A stretch of 37,929 nucleotides of DNA from Deferribacterales bacterium (GTDB taxonomy: Bacteria > Chrysiogenota > Deferribacteres > Deferribacterales > Geovibrionaceae): positions 1 to 37,929 of the forward strand of contig JBFWJG010000020.1 of NCBI GenBank assembly GCA_050253335.1, written 5' to 3'. Both the position numbers and the translations under genes were made by a program. The notes under the pieces are model-generated. The model was not told where the DNA came from. It searched no databases and worked only from the letters and a program-made list of their open reading frames with translations. The stretch's first letter is position 1. Each line of letters opens with the position of its first letter. Below are positions 16,849-29,181 of this stretch, piece after piece.

Positions 16849-18255
16849 CTACCTCCCGGTTTTTTTTCTCTGGGATTTGGTGGGTATATTCAACTCATCC
16901 CTGTATTTTGCAACGGTTCGCCGTGCAATTTTTATACCTTTTTTCTGCAAAATTTCCACAATTTTCTGATCGCTGTGGGGGCTGTCCGCGGGCTCTTCGT
17001 CAACAATGCCTTTGATCATCTCCTTGACCCTGTCTGTGGACATATCCCCTTCCGCCGTGTCGAGCCCTTTCACGAAGAAGGATTTAAGCTCCATAACCCC
17101 GTGCTCGGTCATTGCGTACTTGCCGGAGGTGACTCTGCTTACCGTGGACTCATGCAGTTCGGTCACTTCCGCTATGTCTTTCAGCTTGAGCGGGCTAAGA
17201 TGCCTCACAGTGCCGAGGAAAAACGGCTTCTGCGCGTCTATTATGGCCCGCACGACTCTGTATATTGCCTTCTGGCGCTTGTTGAGGCTTTTTATCAGCC
17301 ACACTGCGCCTTTTATCTTCTCTTCAAGATATTCCTTGGCTTTCGCGTCAACATTGGCGCTTTTGAGAAGGCGCATATAGTAGGCGCTTGTCCGGAGGGA
17401 TGGCATCCCGTCCTCGTTGAGGACAACGTCAAAGTCATCCCCCTTGCGCGCTATGTACACATCCGGGGTGACGTGCCTGTTCTCCCCTTTCTGAAAAGAA
17501 AGCCCCGGTCTGGGATCTGTCTTTCTTATTAAAAAAAGGAGATACTCAAAAGTGTCCTGCTCGATGCCGATGCTCTTCATGATATCGGCATATTTAAAGT
17601 TTATCAGTTCCTCTTCATAGTTTTCAAGGAGTTCGGCCGCAAGCTCCAAATAAACTTCCTCTGTGCCGAAATCCTCAAGCTGGCGGCAGATGCATTCACG
17701 CAGGTTTGAACTGGCTATGCCGGAAGGCTCAAACCCCTTGATAACATCGAGCACGGCCTCAACCTGCTGTTCCGTACAGCCGAAATGCTCGGCGACCTCC
17801 GCGCAGGGCAGTCTGAAGAAGCCGTCTTCGGACAGGTTGCCGATTATGTATTCGCCTATTTTCTCCGCCTCAGCACCCAGCCCCATTATCCTGAGCTGAA
17901 ACATCAGATGGTCAAAGAGGTTGTCGCTGCGGCCTATGAATTTTTCAAAATCATAGCCTTCGTCGCTGGACGGAGAATACTGGAGTTCTTCGTTATCACG
18001 GTAGAGCTCGTCCCAATCCACTTTAAGGAGATCATCCTCAAAGTTATCCTCGTTTTTGAGCTCCTCCGCGGATTTTTCCTCCCCTTCCTGAACTTCCTCC
18101 AGAACGGGGTTTTCCTCAAGATATGTGTTCAGTTCCTGCACCAGTTCGGTGATAGGCATCTGAAGGATATTAAGAGACTGCTTCATCTGCGGGGTGATGA
18201 GGAGTTTCTGGGCAAGCTTTGTCTGAAGACCTATATTAAGTTTTCCGGCTGCCAT
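16849..18255 (-). CDS. rpoN: RNA polymerase sigma-54 factor
   Basis: TPQMKQSLNILQM, HESTVSR, RpoN box ARRTVAKYR. Confidence 0.97.
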   Translation of the reverse strand: MAAGKLNIGLQTKLAQKLLITPQMKQSLNILQMPITELVQELNTYLEENPVLEEVQEGEEKSAEELKNEDNFEDDLLKVDWDELYRDNEELQYSPSSDEGYDFEKFIGRSDNLFDHLMFQLRIMGLGAEAEKIGEYIIGNLSEDGFFRLPCAEVAEHFGCTEQQVEAVLDVIKGFEPSGIASSNLRECICRQLEDFGTEEVYLELAAELLENYEEELINFKYADIMKSIGIEQDTFEYLLFLIRKTDPRPGLSFQKGENRHVTPDVYIARKGDDFDVVLNEDGMPSLRTSAYYMRLLKSANVDAKAKEYLEEKIKGAVWLIKSLNKRQKAIYRVVRAIIDAQKPFFLGTVRHLSPLKLKDIAEVTELHESTVSRVTSGKYAMTEHGVMELKSFFVKGLDTAEGDMSTDRVKEMIKGIVDEEPADSPHSDQKIVEILQKKGIKIARRTVAKYRDELNIPTKSQRKKTGR

Positions 18256-18974
18256 CAGATTTCGAAGCCCTCGCCCAGATAGCGGCTAATTACCTCTTCA
18301 TTGCTCACAATCTCCTGCGGGGAGCCGTGGCAGAGTATTTTCCCGTCCGCTACGATGTAAGCCCTGTCAGTTATCTTGAGGGTTTCGCGCACGTTATGAT
18401 CGGTGATCAGAACGCCCAGCCCCATCTCCTTCAGGGAGAAAATCATTTTCTGTATGTCCGATACGGATATGGGATCTATGCCGGAAAAAGGTTCGTCCAG
18501 CATGATCACATCAGGTTCCGCAGATATGCAGCGGGCGATCTCCACCCTTCGTCTTTCTCCGCCGGAGAGTGAGTAGCCCTTTGAATCGCGCACCTTTTCC
18601 AGTCCGAATTCACGGATAAGCCTTTCCGTTGTCTCTTTTATCAGAGATTTATCACTGTTTTTAAGCTCCAGAGCGGCATATATGTTTTCATAAACCGTAA
18701 GCTTTCTGAAAACGGAGGGCTCCTGCGGCAGATAGCCTATGCCCTCCCTGCTGCGCTCATGTATGGGGCTTTTGGTAATATTTTTGCCGTTCAGGTGCAC
18801 AGTTCCGCCGTCAGGCTTCACAATCCCCGTGAGCATGTAGAATGTAGTGGTTTTTCCGGCTCCGTTCGGGCCCAGAAGCCCCACAACCTCACCCTTTGAA
18901 ACCTTGAGTGAGATTCCGTCCACCACGGCGCGCTTTTTATAAACCTTACGCAGGTTCTCGGCAGAGAGTCCCAA
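18255..18974 (-). CDS. lptB: LPS export ABC transporter ATPase
   Basis: GPNGAGKTT, YLPQE.SVF, LSGGERRRVEIAR, DEPF.G.DP, TDHNVRETL. Confidence 0.96.
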   Translation of the reverse strand: MGLSAENLRKVYKKRAVVDGISLKVSKGEVVGLLGPNGAGKTTTFYMLTGIVKPDGGTVHLNGKNITKSPIHERSREGIGYLPQEPSVFRKLTVYENIYAALELKNSDKSLIKETTERLIREFGLEKVRDSKGYSLSGGERRRVEIARCISAEPDVIMLDEPFSGIDPISVSDIQKMIFSLKEMGLGVLITDHNVRETLKITDRAYIVADGKILCHGSPQEIVSNEEVISRYLGEGFEI

Positions 18975-18975
18975 T

Positions 18976-19452
18976 CTATTTACCTTCCTTGGGGTTGAGA
19001 ATGATTTTCACCCTTTTGTCCTGTCCTCTGACAACTCTGGCTTCGCCGGTTTTGTTGTTTATATTCACCTGCTCGCCCTCAAGGTAGCTTGTGCCCTGCC
19101 ATACTTTGACAGAACCGCTGAGAACCGCCCTGTCCTCCGCGACATATATTTCCGCCCTGTCCGCCAGAGCGCGCATATCTTCCTTATTCATCCTCACGTT
19201 GTCCTTGAAGATGAGAACCTCGACATCGCTGGTGCCTTTAAGGAACACTTCAAGCTCTCCTGAACGCACCTCAAGATCGCCTCTCTTGACATATACATTG
19301 CCCCTGAGGATGTTTTTGTTTTTAAGGATTGTCACATTGTCCGTTTCTATATGTATTGGGCCGGATGAGCCTATTGTAAACTCTCCTGCGGCAGAAGCGG
19401 CAGAAAAAGCGGTGATGACAGCAAGGCTACATAGAATAATTAATCGATACAT
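18976..19452 (-). CDS. lptA: LPS transport periplasmic protein LptA (OstA-like)
   Basis: Signal peptide, PIHIETD, GNVYVKRG beta-jellyroll-like pattern, RVKIIL.P; directly upstream of lptB. Confidence 0.85.
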   Translation of the reverse strand: MYRLIILCSLAVITAFSAASAAGEFTIGSSGPIHIETDNVTILKNKNILRGNVYVKRGDLEVRSGELEVFLKGTSDVEVLIFKDNVRMNKEDMRALADRAEIYVAEDRAVLSGSVKVWQGTSYLEGEQVNINNKTGEARVVRGQDKRVKIILNPKEGK

Positions 19453-19969
19453 TCCCTATAAACTCCGTGATCTTAGTTTTGAAGTCCATTTCCGCTCTGT
19501 CCGCCCTGATGATGTTGGCACCCTGCATACATACAACTTCGTTTTCCACTGTTCCCGTGTAGCTCTCGAAGTCATAGTTCATTATGCCGCTTTCAGATGT
19601 TCTGAAGCTGAGAGTGCCTGTGTTCCCTCTGATATTTCCTTCCGCGACAAGATACCGGTTCTGAAGGTAATAGCCTCTGTCGGCGCTGGCGGTTATTTTT
19701 TCCTCGCCGTCATCAAACTCCACCGTTATGTCGGTGAGCTCGGCGATATTTTCTATCCTGTTGAAAGATGCTTTGGCGGCGGTGAGGCGGTAGTTTGCCC
19801 CTTCTCTTCCGGTGAGCATCTCAAAATCCGTTATCTCAAAAACATTCGAGGGCGGCACATAGCCCTTCATCCTCTTTTCGCTGCCGGAGCAGGATAAAAG
19901 GGCAAAAAGCATGACAACACCGCCCGCGGCGGCTAATATGATCTTAAAACGTCTTCCCATATTCCGCAT
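19427..19969 (-). CDS. lptC: LPS export protein LptC
   Basis: N-terminal membrane anchor, beta-rich periplasmic domain, position between kdsC and lptA. Confidence 0.75.
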   Translation of the reverse strand: MRNMGRRFKIILAAAGGVVMLFALLSCSGSEKRMKGYVPPSNVFEITDFEMLTGREGANYRLTAAKASFNRIENIAELTDITVEFDDGEEKITASADRGYYLQNRYLVAEGNIRGNTGTLSFRTSESGIMNYDFESYTGTVENEVVCMQGANIIRADRAEMDFKTKITEFIGNVSINYSM

Positions 19970-20430
19970 TTCTTGAGTATGTATTCTATAAATTCCCTGA
20001 CCGCACCCTCCCCGCCTTTGGCAAAGGTGATGTAGTCCGCTTCGCTTTTCACATAATCCGGAGCATCCGCGACAGTAGCGGAGGTTCCGGCGGCTCTCAG
20101 AATGCCTATGTCGTTTATGTCGTCGCCGATTGCGGCGCAGCTTATGTCATCGTAGCCTTTCTCGTCTCTGATCTGCCTGTAGAGAGCGGCCTTGTCCGCT
20201 ATGCCTGTGTAGGCCTTTATGCCGAGTTCCGCCGCGCGGATATCCGTCACAACTGACTTTCTGCCGGAAATGATGATTATCTCAAGCCCCGCACGCATAG
20301 CCAGCTTAATACCTAGACCGTCATGGACGTTAAAATGTTTTGTTTCCTCGCCTCTTTCGTTGTAAATGATTTTGCCGTCGGTCATTACGCCGTCAACATC
20401 GAGGAATATGATTTTTATATCTTTCTTCAT
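19933..20430 (-). CDS. kdsC: KDO 8-phosphate phosphatase
   Basis: DVDGVMTDG, F.VHDGLGI, GDDIND, GG.GAVRE. Confidence 0.94.
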   Translation of the reverse strand: MKKDIKIIFLDVDGVMTDGKIIYNERGEETKHFNVHDGLGIKLAMRAGLEIIIISGRKSVVTDIRAAELGIKAYTGIADKAALYRQIRDEKGYDDISCAAIGDDINDIGILRAAGTSATVADAPDYVKSEADYITFAKGGEGAVREFIEYILKKCGIWEDVLRSY

Positions 20431-21392
20431 GCGAGTCCGGCCCTGAGCAGGTCGTGCAGGTGTATTATTCCTGAGGGTCTGCCTTCCTGATCCACGGTTA
20501 CAAGCGATGTTATGGAGTGAGTCTCCATAACGGAGAGAGCCTTCGCGGCGAGAGCGTCATCCGGTATGGTTTTCGGGGTCTTGGTGCAGACCTCCTCAAC
20601 CTTCATGGAGAAAACCCTGTCTCTGTGCTTCTGCATCCCGCGTCTTAAATCACCGTCAGTAAGTATCCCTTTCAGCACGCCGTCTTTGTCAACAACGGTT
20701 GTGCATCCGAAACCTTTGGAGCTTATTACGAAAACGGCATCGGAAACCGGAGTGCCTTCGCTTATAACGGGGAGCGCGTCCCCTGTGTTGTATATATCAG
20801 CCACTTTCAGCAGAAGCTGCTTGCCCAGTGAACCTGACGGGTGGAAGATAGCGAAATCCTCTTTCTTGAACCCTCTTTTTTCAAGAAGTGCAACGGCAAG
20901 GGCGTCCCCCATTGCAAGAGCCGCCGTTGTGCTCGCGGTGGGCGCAAGATTAAGCGGGCAGGCCTCCTTCTCAACGGAAGCATCCAGAACGCAGTCGCTC
21001 TTTTTTGCCAGCATGGAGTTTGTCTTGCCGACTATGCCGATAAGCGGAATGCTGAAACGCTTTATAACGGGGAGAATTTCAAGAATCTCTTTCGTTTCGC
21101 CGCTGTTTGAGAGGGCTATCACAACATCCCCCTTCACAAGCATTCCCAAGTCCCCGTGAACCCCTTCCGCCGGATGGAGGAAGAGAGCCGGAGTGCCCGT
21201 GCTTGCGAAGGTGGCGGCAATCTTTTTGCCTATGTGGCCGGATTTGCCCATGCCTGTAACAACAACCCGACCCCTGCATGAGAAGATGAGCTCAACGGCG
21301 GAAACAAACCCGTCACCCATGGCGTCTCTGACTCTGCGCAGGGCATCTATCTCGACATCAAGGGTTTTTTTGCCGGCCTCAAGGATATTCAA
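20427..21392 (-). CDS. kdsD: Arabinose-5-phosphate isomerase (KpsF/GutQ family, SIS + CBS)
   Basis: GMGKSGHIG, HPAEGVHGDLG, EACPLNLAPTAST, HPSGSLG, TDGDLRR; TTG start at 21392 chosen for its G-rich RBS. Confidence 0.94.
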   Translation of the reverse strand: MNILEAGKKTLDVEIDALRRVRDAMGDGFVSAVELIFSCRGRVVVTGMGKSGHIGKKIAATFASTGTPALFLHPAEGVHGDLGMLVKGDVVIALSNSGETKEILEILPVIKRFSIPLIGIVGKTNSMLAKKSDCVLDASVEKEACPLNLAPTASTTAALAMGDALAVALLEKRGFKKEDFAIFHPSGSLGKQLLLKVADIYNTGDALPVISEGTPVSDAVFVISSKGFGCTTVVDKDGVLKGILTDGDLRRGMQKHRDRVFSMKVEEVCTKTPKTIPDDALAAKALSVMETHSITSLVTVDQEGRPSGIIHLHDLLRAGLA

Positions 21393-21393
21393 T

Positions 21394-23743
<2,350 letters not shown>

Positions 23744-23794
23744 AAAAACCTGACCTTAAACTTTGTTAAACATTATTTGTATTCAAAACATTAC

Positions 23795-23823
23795 ATAATA
23801 GTATGAACGGCAGAGTTTTTCAA
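23795..23823 (-). promoter_or_regulatory. Putative sigma70 promoter for the kdsB-pyrG-lpt-rpoN-PTS operon
   Basis: TTGAAA-N17-TATTAT on the minus strand in the AT-rich acpS-kdsB gap. Confidence 0.55.
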
Positions 23824-23893
23824 TAAGCAAAAACAATGCCGCACAATAACTTTTGTTATTCAGCTGTAAACGATTTTAACAGAGAAAAAGGGC

Positions 23894-24241
23894 TCAGCCC
23901 TGTTTCATCAAACTGACGGCGATGGCGTAATCTTTGCCGTGGGAGATGGAAATCTCAATGTCCGGACGCCTGACCCCTCTGACATAAACCTCCGGCGCAC
24001 CGCCGCGCACGGGCAGAACCTCGATATCCGAAAAGCCTATTCCGCGCATTCCGGTTTTGAGGGACTTTGATATGGATTCCTTGGCCGCGAACCTCCCCGC
24101 GAGAAAGTTGAGCCCGTTTTTGTTTCTTTTATGAAAAACAGCCTGCTCACGTTCGGAGAGTATCTTGTCCAGAAACCTCTGCCCGAAGCGGGCGTAAGCC
24201 GCTTTTATCCTGTGGAGCTCAACAATGTCACAGCCCAGCAT
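23894..24241 (-). CDS. acpS: Holo-[acyl-carrier-protein] synthase
   Basis: [19 protein letters not shown]. Confidence 0.94.
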   Translation of the reverse strand: MLGCDIVELHRIKAAYARFGQRFLDKILSEREQAVFHKRNKNGLNFLAGRFAAKESISKSLKTGMRGIGFSDIEVLPVRGGAPEVYVRGVRRPDIEISISHGKDYAIAVSLMKQG

Positions 24242-24962
24242 GGAGCGTGGCCCTGTCTATGGCTTCCCGCATGTCCTTCACAGCCTGAGTAAGTCCGGTG
24301 AAGATGCTTCTGGCTATTATGGAATGCCCGATGTTCACCTCATGCATCCCTCTGAGGGAGACCACTTCGCCTACATTCTTGTAGTTCAGTCCGTGGCCGG
24401 CGTTCACAATGAAGCCTGTTTCAAGGGCAAAGTCCGCCGCTGTGGAAAGCTTTGTGAGCTCCCCTCTTTTCTGCATCCCCTTTGCCTCGGCGTAGCTTCC
24501 TGTGTGAAGCTCGATGTATTTTGCGCCTGTTTCAAAGGCTTTTGCTATCTGCCTGTTGTCGGGATCAATGAAAATGCTCACCGCGATTCCGGCGTTCATG
24601 AGCTTTTCAACCGTGTATTTAAGAGTGTCGTAATTCCCTATCACATCAAGCCCGCCTTCAGTGGTGAGCTCCTCACGCTTTTCCGGCACAAGGGTGCAGG
24701 TTTCGGGCTGAACTGCGAGGGCAATCTCAATAATCTCCTCACTGCATGCCATCTCAAGATTAAGGGGGATATTTATCGTTTCACGGAGCAGCATCACATC
24801 ACGCTCGTTTATGTGCCTTCTGTCTTCCCTGAGGTGAACGGTTATTCCGTCCGCACCGCCGAGTTCCGCCAGAACAGCCGCCTGAACGGGGTCGGGTTCA
24901 TGCCCTCTTCTCGCCTGCCTTACCGTGGCTACATGATCTATATTTACGCCGAGTTTTACCAT
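24228..24962 (-). CDS. pdxJ: Pyridoxine 5'-phosphate synthase
   Basis: [43 protein letters not shown]; start set at the ATG overlapping the glmM stop (TAATG). Confidence 0.96.
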   Translation of the reverse strand: MVKLGVNIDHVATVRQARRGHEPDPVQAAVLAELGGADGITVHLREDRRHINERDVMLLRETINIPLNLEMACSEEIIEIALAVQPETCTLVPEKREELTTEGGLDVIGNYDTLKYTVEKLMNAGIAVSIFIDPDNRQIAKAFETGAKYIELHTGSYAEAKGMQKRGELTKLSTAADFALETGFIVNAGHGLNYKNVGEVVSLRGMHEVNIGHSIIARSIFTGLTQAVKDMREAIDRATLHAGL

Positions 24963-26320
24963 TACTTCCTGCCTATCTCGTCGGTTACGCATTTGGTTAT
25001 TTCCTGCGCAAGCGCAGTTATCTCGTTATGGTCATCACCTTCGGTCATGACGCGGATCTTGTTTTCCGTTCCCGAATAGCGGACAAGCACCCTGCCTCTG
25101 CCTTTCAGTTTTTCCTCGGCCTTCTTTATCAGAGCGGAGGATTCTGTGAGATCGCAGAGAGGAATCTTTCTGTCCACTTTTTCATTGATCAGCACCTGAG
25201 GGAAGAGTTCAATAAACCTCTTCAGCTCACTGAGCGGTTTGCCCGTTCTGCGCATCACCTTCAGAAGCTGGATAGCGCTTACCATTCCGTCCCCTGTGGT
25301 GTTGTAGTCAGAGAAGATCATGTGCCCGCTCTGCTCGCCGCCGATGTTATAGCCGCCCTCAAGCATTTTCGCGAGAACATACCTGTCGCCGACGGCACAG
25401 CGCTCAAGGGTGATCCCTATGCCGTTCATTGATTTTTCGAAGCCGAAGTTGCTCATGACGGTTGCCACAAGAGTGTCCCTGTTCAGTCTGCCTTCCAGCT
25501 TCATCTGGCGGGCGCATATGCCCATGATGATGTCTCCGTCGACAACCTCGCCCTTTTCATCAACAAAAATAACCCTGTCCGCGTCGCCGTCAAAGGATAT
25601 GCCCACATCGGCACCCTGTTTTCTGACCAGTTCAGCGCTTTTTTCAGGGTGAACAGAACCAACGCCTTCATTGATGTTTGTTCCGTTCGGTTCAACGCCG
25701 ATTGTGGTGACATTCGCCCCGAGCTCCATCATCGCCATGGGCGCAACCTTGTATGCGGAGCCGTTGGCGCAGTCCATTACTATCTTCATCCCCATGAGAT
25801 CAAGATCCTTGTCCAGACTGCTTTTCACAAACTCAACATACCGCCCGACCGCAGTGTCGATCCTGTATGCCTTGCCGATATTCTCCGCGGAGATCGAAAC
25901 CTCGCCCCCGTGAACCATGCTGTCGGTCTTCTGTTCTATGGCGAGCTCCACCTCATCGGGCAGCTTGAGCCCTTCGGAGGAGAAAAACTTGATTCCGTTA
26001 TCGTAATAGGGATTGTGCGAGGCGGATATAACCACACCCGCATCGGCCCTGAGACTGCGGGTAATAAAAGCTATGGCGGGCGTTGGGATAACCCCTACCT
26101 GAACCGCGTCCACGCCCATGGAGCAAATACCGGCCACAAGAGCATTTTCGAACATATAGCCCGAAATCCGCGTATCCTTTCCCACGACTATCCTGTGGGC
26201 TTTTTTTCCGTTTTTAAATTGCTGTGCCGCCGCCTGACCAAGGCGCAGCGCGAATGAAGCCGTCATGGGAAAAACATTTGCCTTTCCCCTGACCCCGTCG
26301 GTTCCGAAGTATTTTCTCAC
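24962..26320 (-). CDS. glmM: Phosphoglucosamine mutase
   Basis: [45 protein letters not shown]. Confidence 0.97.
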   Translation of the reverse strand: MRKYFGTDGVRGKANVFPMTASFALRLGQAAAQQFKNGKKAHRIVVGKDTRISGYMFENALVAGICSMGVDAVQVGVIPTPAIAFITRSLRADAGVVISASHNPYYDNGIKFFSSEGLKLPDEVELAIEQKTDSMVHGGEVSISAENIGKAYRIDTAVGRYVEFVKSSLDKDLDLMGMKIVMDCANGSAYKVAPMAMMELGANVTTIGVEPNGTNINEGVGSVHPEKSAELVRKQGADVGISFDGDADRVIFVDEKGEVVDGDIIMGICARQMKLEGRLNRDTLVATVMSNFGFEKSMNGIGITLERCAVGDRYVLAKMLEGGYNIGGEQSGHMIFSDYNTTGDGMVSAIQLLKVMRRTGKPLSELKRFIELFPQVLINEKVDRKIPLCDLTESSALIKKAEEKLKGRGRVLVRYSGTENKIRVMTEGDDHNEITALAQEITKCVTDEIGRK

Positions 26321-26322
26321 TC

Positions 26323-27228
26323 TTATTCACCTTTCCGTTCGAGCCTGATTCTTACCTTGCCCGGGGTAATTTTGAGCACCTGATACCCCTCAGCTTTGCT
26401 TGAATATACCTTCATTGTGTATCTGCCGGGCTTGTCTGTATTTTCAAGATCCACGTAAAACTTGATCTTTTTCTCAATATTCTCGGGGGTCAGAAGATCC
26501 TTGCGCCCCTTTACCTTTACGGAGACAATATCGTTTATCACCGCGGTGAGGTTGTCATCAAGGTTGACCGCAATTACGGAAACATTGTCTACTGTTTCCT
26601 CGGTGATATTTTCCTTGAAGCTCACATATACCTCCACCTGCTCGGGGTTGGATGTGAGAACGCCGTCGGTTTCCTTTATCCCTATGCTGTATGTGAGCCC
26701 CTCTTTTTTGGATGAGAGGTTTACGGGCTTGGTCTCAATGGAGTTTATTCCGGCGAGTTTTTTTGTGGCTCCGAGAATCTCGGCATATTCAGGATAAACC
26801 GTAACACTGCCGACCTTGAAACCCGGGTGGGGCTCACCGATAAAAGTGGGCACAACCTTGATCGATTTCTTGACCAGCTTGTCGACCGTGATATTAATCC
26901 CTTCGGGGTCAACACTCACCAGCTCAACACCGGAAGGCAGCTTTATTTCGGAAGGGGTCAGCCTGTGGTAAGTGTCTCCGTAGCCGAGGGCAGATACATC
27001 CACCTCGATTGTAACCGCATTGTAGTCCAGAGCGCGCATAAGCCCTCTGGGAGTTTTGGCGGTGACATTCACATGAGTGTCGGCGGAGACAGCGACAAGC
27101 TCTCCCTGCATGTTTCTCAGCTTGACCGGAGCGTAAACGTTAAACTCCTGATACTCGCCGGAAACAAGCCCGAACCAGAGGGAAACGGCTATGACTATTG
27201 AAAGTATTTTCAAATGGAGGTTTTTCAT
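26323..27228 (-). CDS. cdaR: YbbR/CdaR-family regulator of diadenylate cyclase
   Basis: N-terminal TM (KILSIVIAVSLW), repeated YbbR-like beta domains; lies between cdaA and glmM. Confidence 0.85.
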   Translation of the reverse strand: MKNLHLKILSIVIAVSLWFGLVSGEYQEFNVYAPVKLRNMQGELVAVSADTHVNVTAKTPRGLMRALDYNAVTIEVDVSALGYGDTYHRLTPSEIKLPSGVELVSVDPEGINITVDKLVKKSIKVVPTFIGEPHPGFKVGSVTVYPEYAEILGATKKLAGINSIETKPVNLSSKKEGLTYSIGIKETDGVLTSNPEQVEVYVSFKENITEETVDNVSVIAVNLDDNLTAVINDIVSVKVKGRKDLLTPENIEKKIKFYVDLENTDKPGRYTMKVYSSKAEGYQVLKITPGKVRIRLERKGE

Positions 27229-28001
27229 TTCTTCTTAGTCCCTCTTTTGTCTGTTTCAAAGAGTTCCTTCAGCCTTACCCTCAGCATCTCAGCGTCAAGC
27301 TCCTCACTCAGCACACCTTTGTATGCTATTGTGATTGAACCCTTCTCCTCGCTGACAGTAACGCTCACCGCGTCTGTTTCCTCGGTTATCCCTATGGCTG
27401 CCCTGTGGCGGGTTCCGTAGTTTTTGCCTATGTCAACCTTCTTGCTCAGGGGCAGAATGCACCCGGCTTTCAGGATTTCACCGTCTTTGATTATCACCGC
27501 TCCGTCATGCAGAGGTGAATAGGGGATAAAAATACTTATCAGAATATCTTTTGTTACCAGACTTTTGAGCGTTTCACCCGTATCAAGGTAATGTTCCAGA
27601 TCCGTGTTTCCTTCTATCACAATGAGTGCGCCTATCTGCCTGTTGGCAAGGATGCTGGCCGCCTTGACTATTTCATCCAGAACCTTCAGGGTGGACTTGT
27701 TTCCGGCGCCGAGCATTCTTGTTTCTCCGAAAACAGCAAGCGCCCGCCTTATCTCCGGCTGGAAGAGAACCACAAGGGTTATGAAAAGATAGCCTGTGAA
27801 GTTGCTCAGCACCCAGCTTGTGGTTTTAAGCCCCAGATACTTTGAAGCAAACGAAATAACAATGAGAAGAAGAACGCCCAGAATCATCTGTATGGCTCTT
27901 GTGCCCTTTATGAGCAGAAGAATCCTGTACGCCACCACAGCGATTATGGCTATATCAAGAATATCAATAAGAGTCACAAACTTAAAAAACTCAGGCATCA
28001 C
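27225..28001 (-). CDS. cdaA: Membrane-bound diadenylate cyclase
   Basis: Three TM helices, FQPEIRRAL, PLHDGA and GTRHRAA DAC motifs. Confidence 0.96.
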   Translation of the reverse strand: MMPEFFKFVTLIDILDIAIIAVVAYRILLLIKGTRAIQMILGVLLLIVISFASKYLGLKTTSWVLSNFTGYLFITLVVLFQPEIRRALAVFGETRMLGAGNKSTLKVLDEIVKAASILANRQIGALIVIEGNTDLEHYLDTGETLKSLVTKDILISIFIPYSPLHDGAVIIKDGEILKAGCILPLSKKVDIGKNYGTRHRAAIGITEETDAVSVTVSEEKGSITIAYKGVLSEELDAEMLRVRLKELFETDKRGTKKK

Positions 28002-29181
28002 ACCCTGCCTTTCTTAGAAAATCAACCACCTTAATCATCTCGGCGGTTTCCGCGACATCATGGGAACGGATAATATCGGCTCCCTTGAAAACGGCGACCG
28101 CCTCAAGGGACTTTGTTCCGATAAGCCTTTCCCGGGGAGGTTTCCCCGTGAGTTGTCCGATCATGGATTTTCTGGAGATTCCCGCAAGAAGCGGAAAACC
28201 AATCGAAGTGAACTCTTCAAGATACTTGAGGATAACGTGATTATCCGTCAAGGTCTTTCCGAATCCGAATCCCGGATCAAGAATTATGGATTCTTCCCTT
28301 ACGCCCGCCTTAACAGCAGCATCCGCCGAATCGTAAAGGAAGTTTTTAACCTCTTCAAGCAGGTTGGCATATGCTGGCGCATCCTGCATGTTTCCGGGCT
28401 CGCCTTTGATATGCATTACGCAGAGCGCCGCGCCGAAATCCGCGCAGACTTTGGCCATATCTGAGTCAAAGGTAAGACCGCTTATATCATTTATCATATC
28501 GGCTCCGTTTTCAAGAGCCTTTAGTGCTGTTTTGCTTTTATAAGTGTCTACTGATACAAAAAGATTCATTTCCTTAGCAAGCCTGACGGCAGGGAGCACT
28601 CTTTTCAGTTCCTCATCAAGAGAAACTGAGTCCGCCCCGGGTCTGGTAGATTCGCCGCCGATGTCTGTTATATCAGCGCCCTGAGCGGCGAACAGGTCAA
28701 GCTTCGCCCTGATTCCGTCTTCGTCCGCTATGCTGCCGCCGTCGCTGAAGGAATCCGGAGTAACATTAAAAATACCCATAACAAGAGGTTTTTCCAGTGA
28801 AAATTCCCTTCCGCATGAAAAGAATGAACGTTTTTTTGATTTTGTCAGAAAAGATTTCAGGCTGAGGGCGATCTCAGATAAATTAAAGGGCTGAACCGCA
28901 AGCCTTCCGGCCAGTGCTTTCAGCCCTCTTTCAGTTCCGATGATAAGAACATCTGTTCTTTCCGCCGTGCAGTTTACAGTGCCTCTGCACACGGCGGCAT
29001 CTATACCGGATGCAAGTGCTTCCTGCTTTATGATGTTACCCTGAGCAGGCCTGAGCCCGCATATCTTGACGGCGCGGGCTACTGCTTTATCTGCCATTCT
29101 CAGGGCGTAGGGGTCTACACCTACTTTTTTCAGTTCATAGATTATCCGCTCTTTCTCGGGCGTTACCTCAAACAGTCTCAA
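27991..29181 (-). CDS. folP: Dihydropteroate synthase with N-terminal extension
   Basis: [41 protein letters not shown]. Confidence 0.95.
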   Translation of the reverse strand: MRLFEVTPEKERIIYELKKVGVDPYALRMADKAVARAVKICGLRPAQGNIIKQEALASGIDAAVCRGTVNCTAERTDVLIIGTERGLKALAGRLAVQPFNLSEIALSLKSFLTKSKKRSFFSCGREFSLEKPLVMGIFNVTPDSFSDGGSIADEDGIRAKLDLFAAQGADITDIGGESTRPGADSVSLDEELKRVLPAVRLAKEMNLFVSVDTYKSKTALKALENGADMINDISGLTFDSDMAKVCADFGAALCVMHIKGEPGNMQDAPAYANLLEEVKNFLYDSADAAVKAGVREESIILDPGFGFGKTLTDNHVILKYLEEFTSIGFPLLAGISRKSMIGQLTGKPPRERLIGTKSLEAVAVFKGADIIRSHDVAETAEMIKVVDFLRKAGCDA

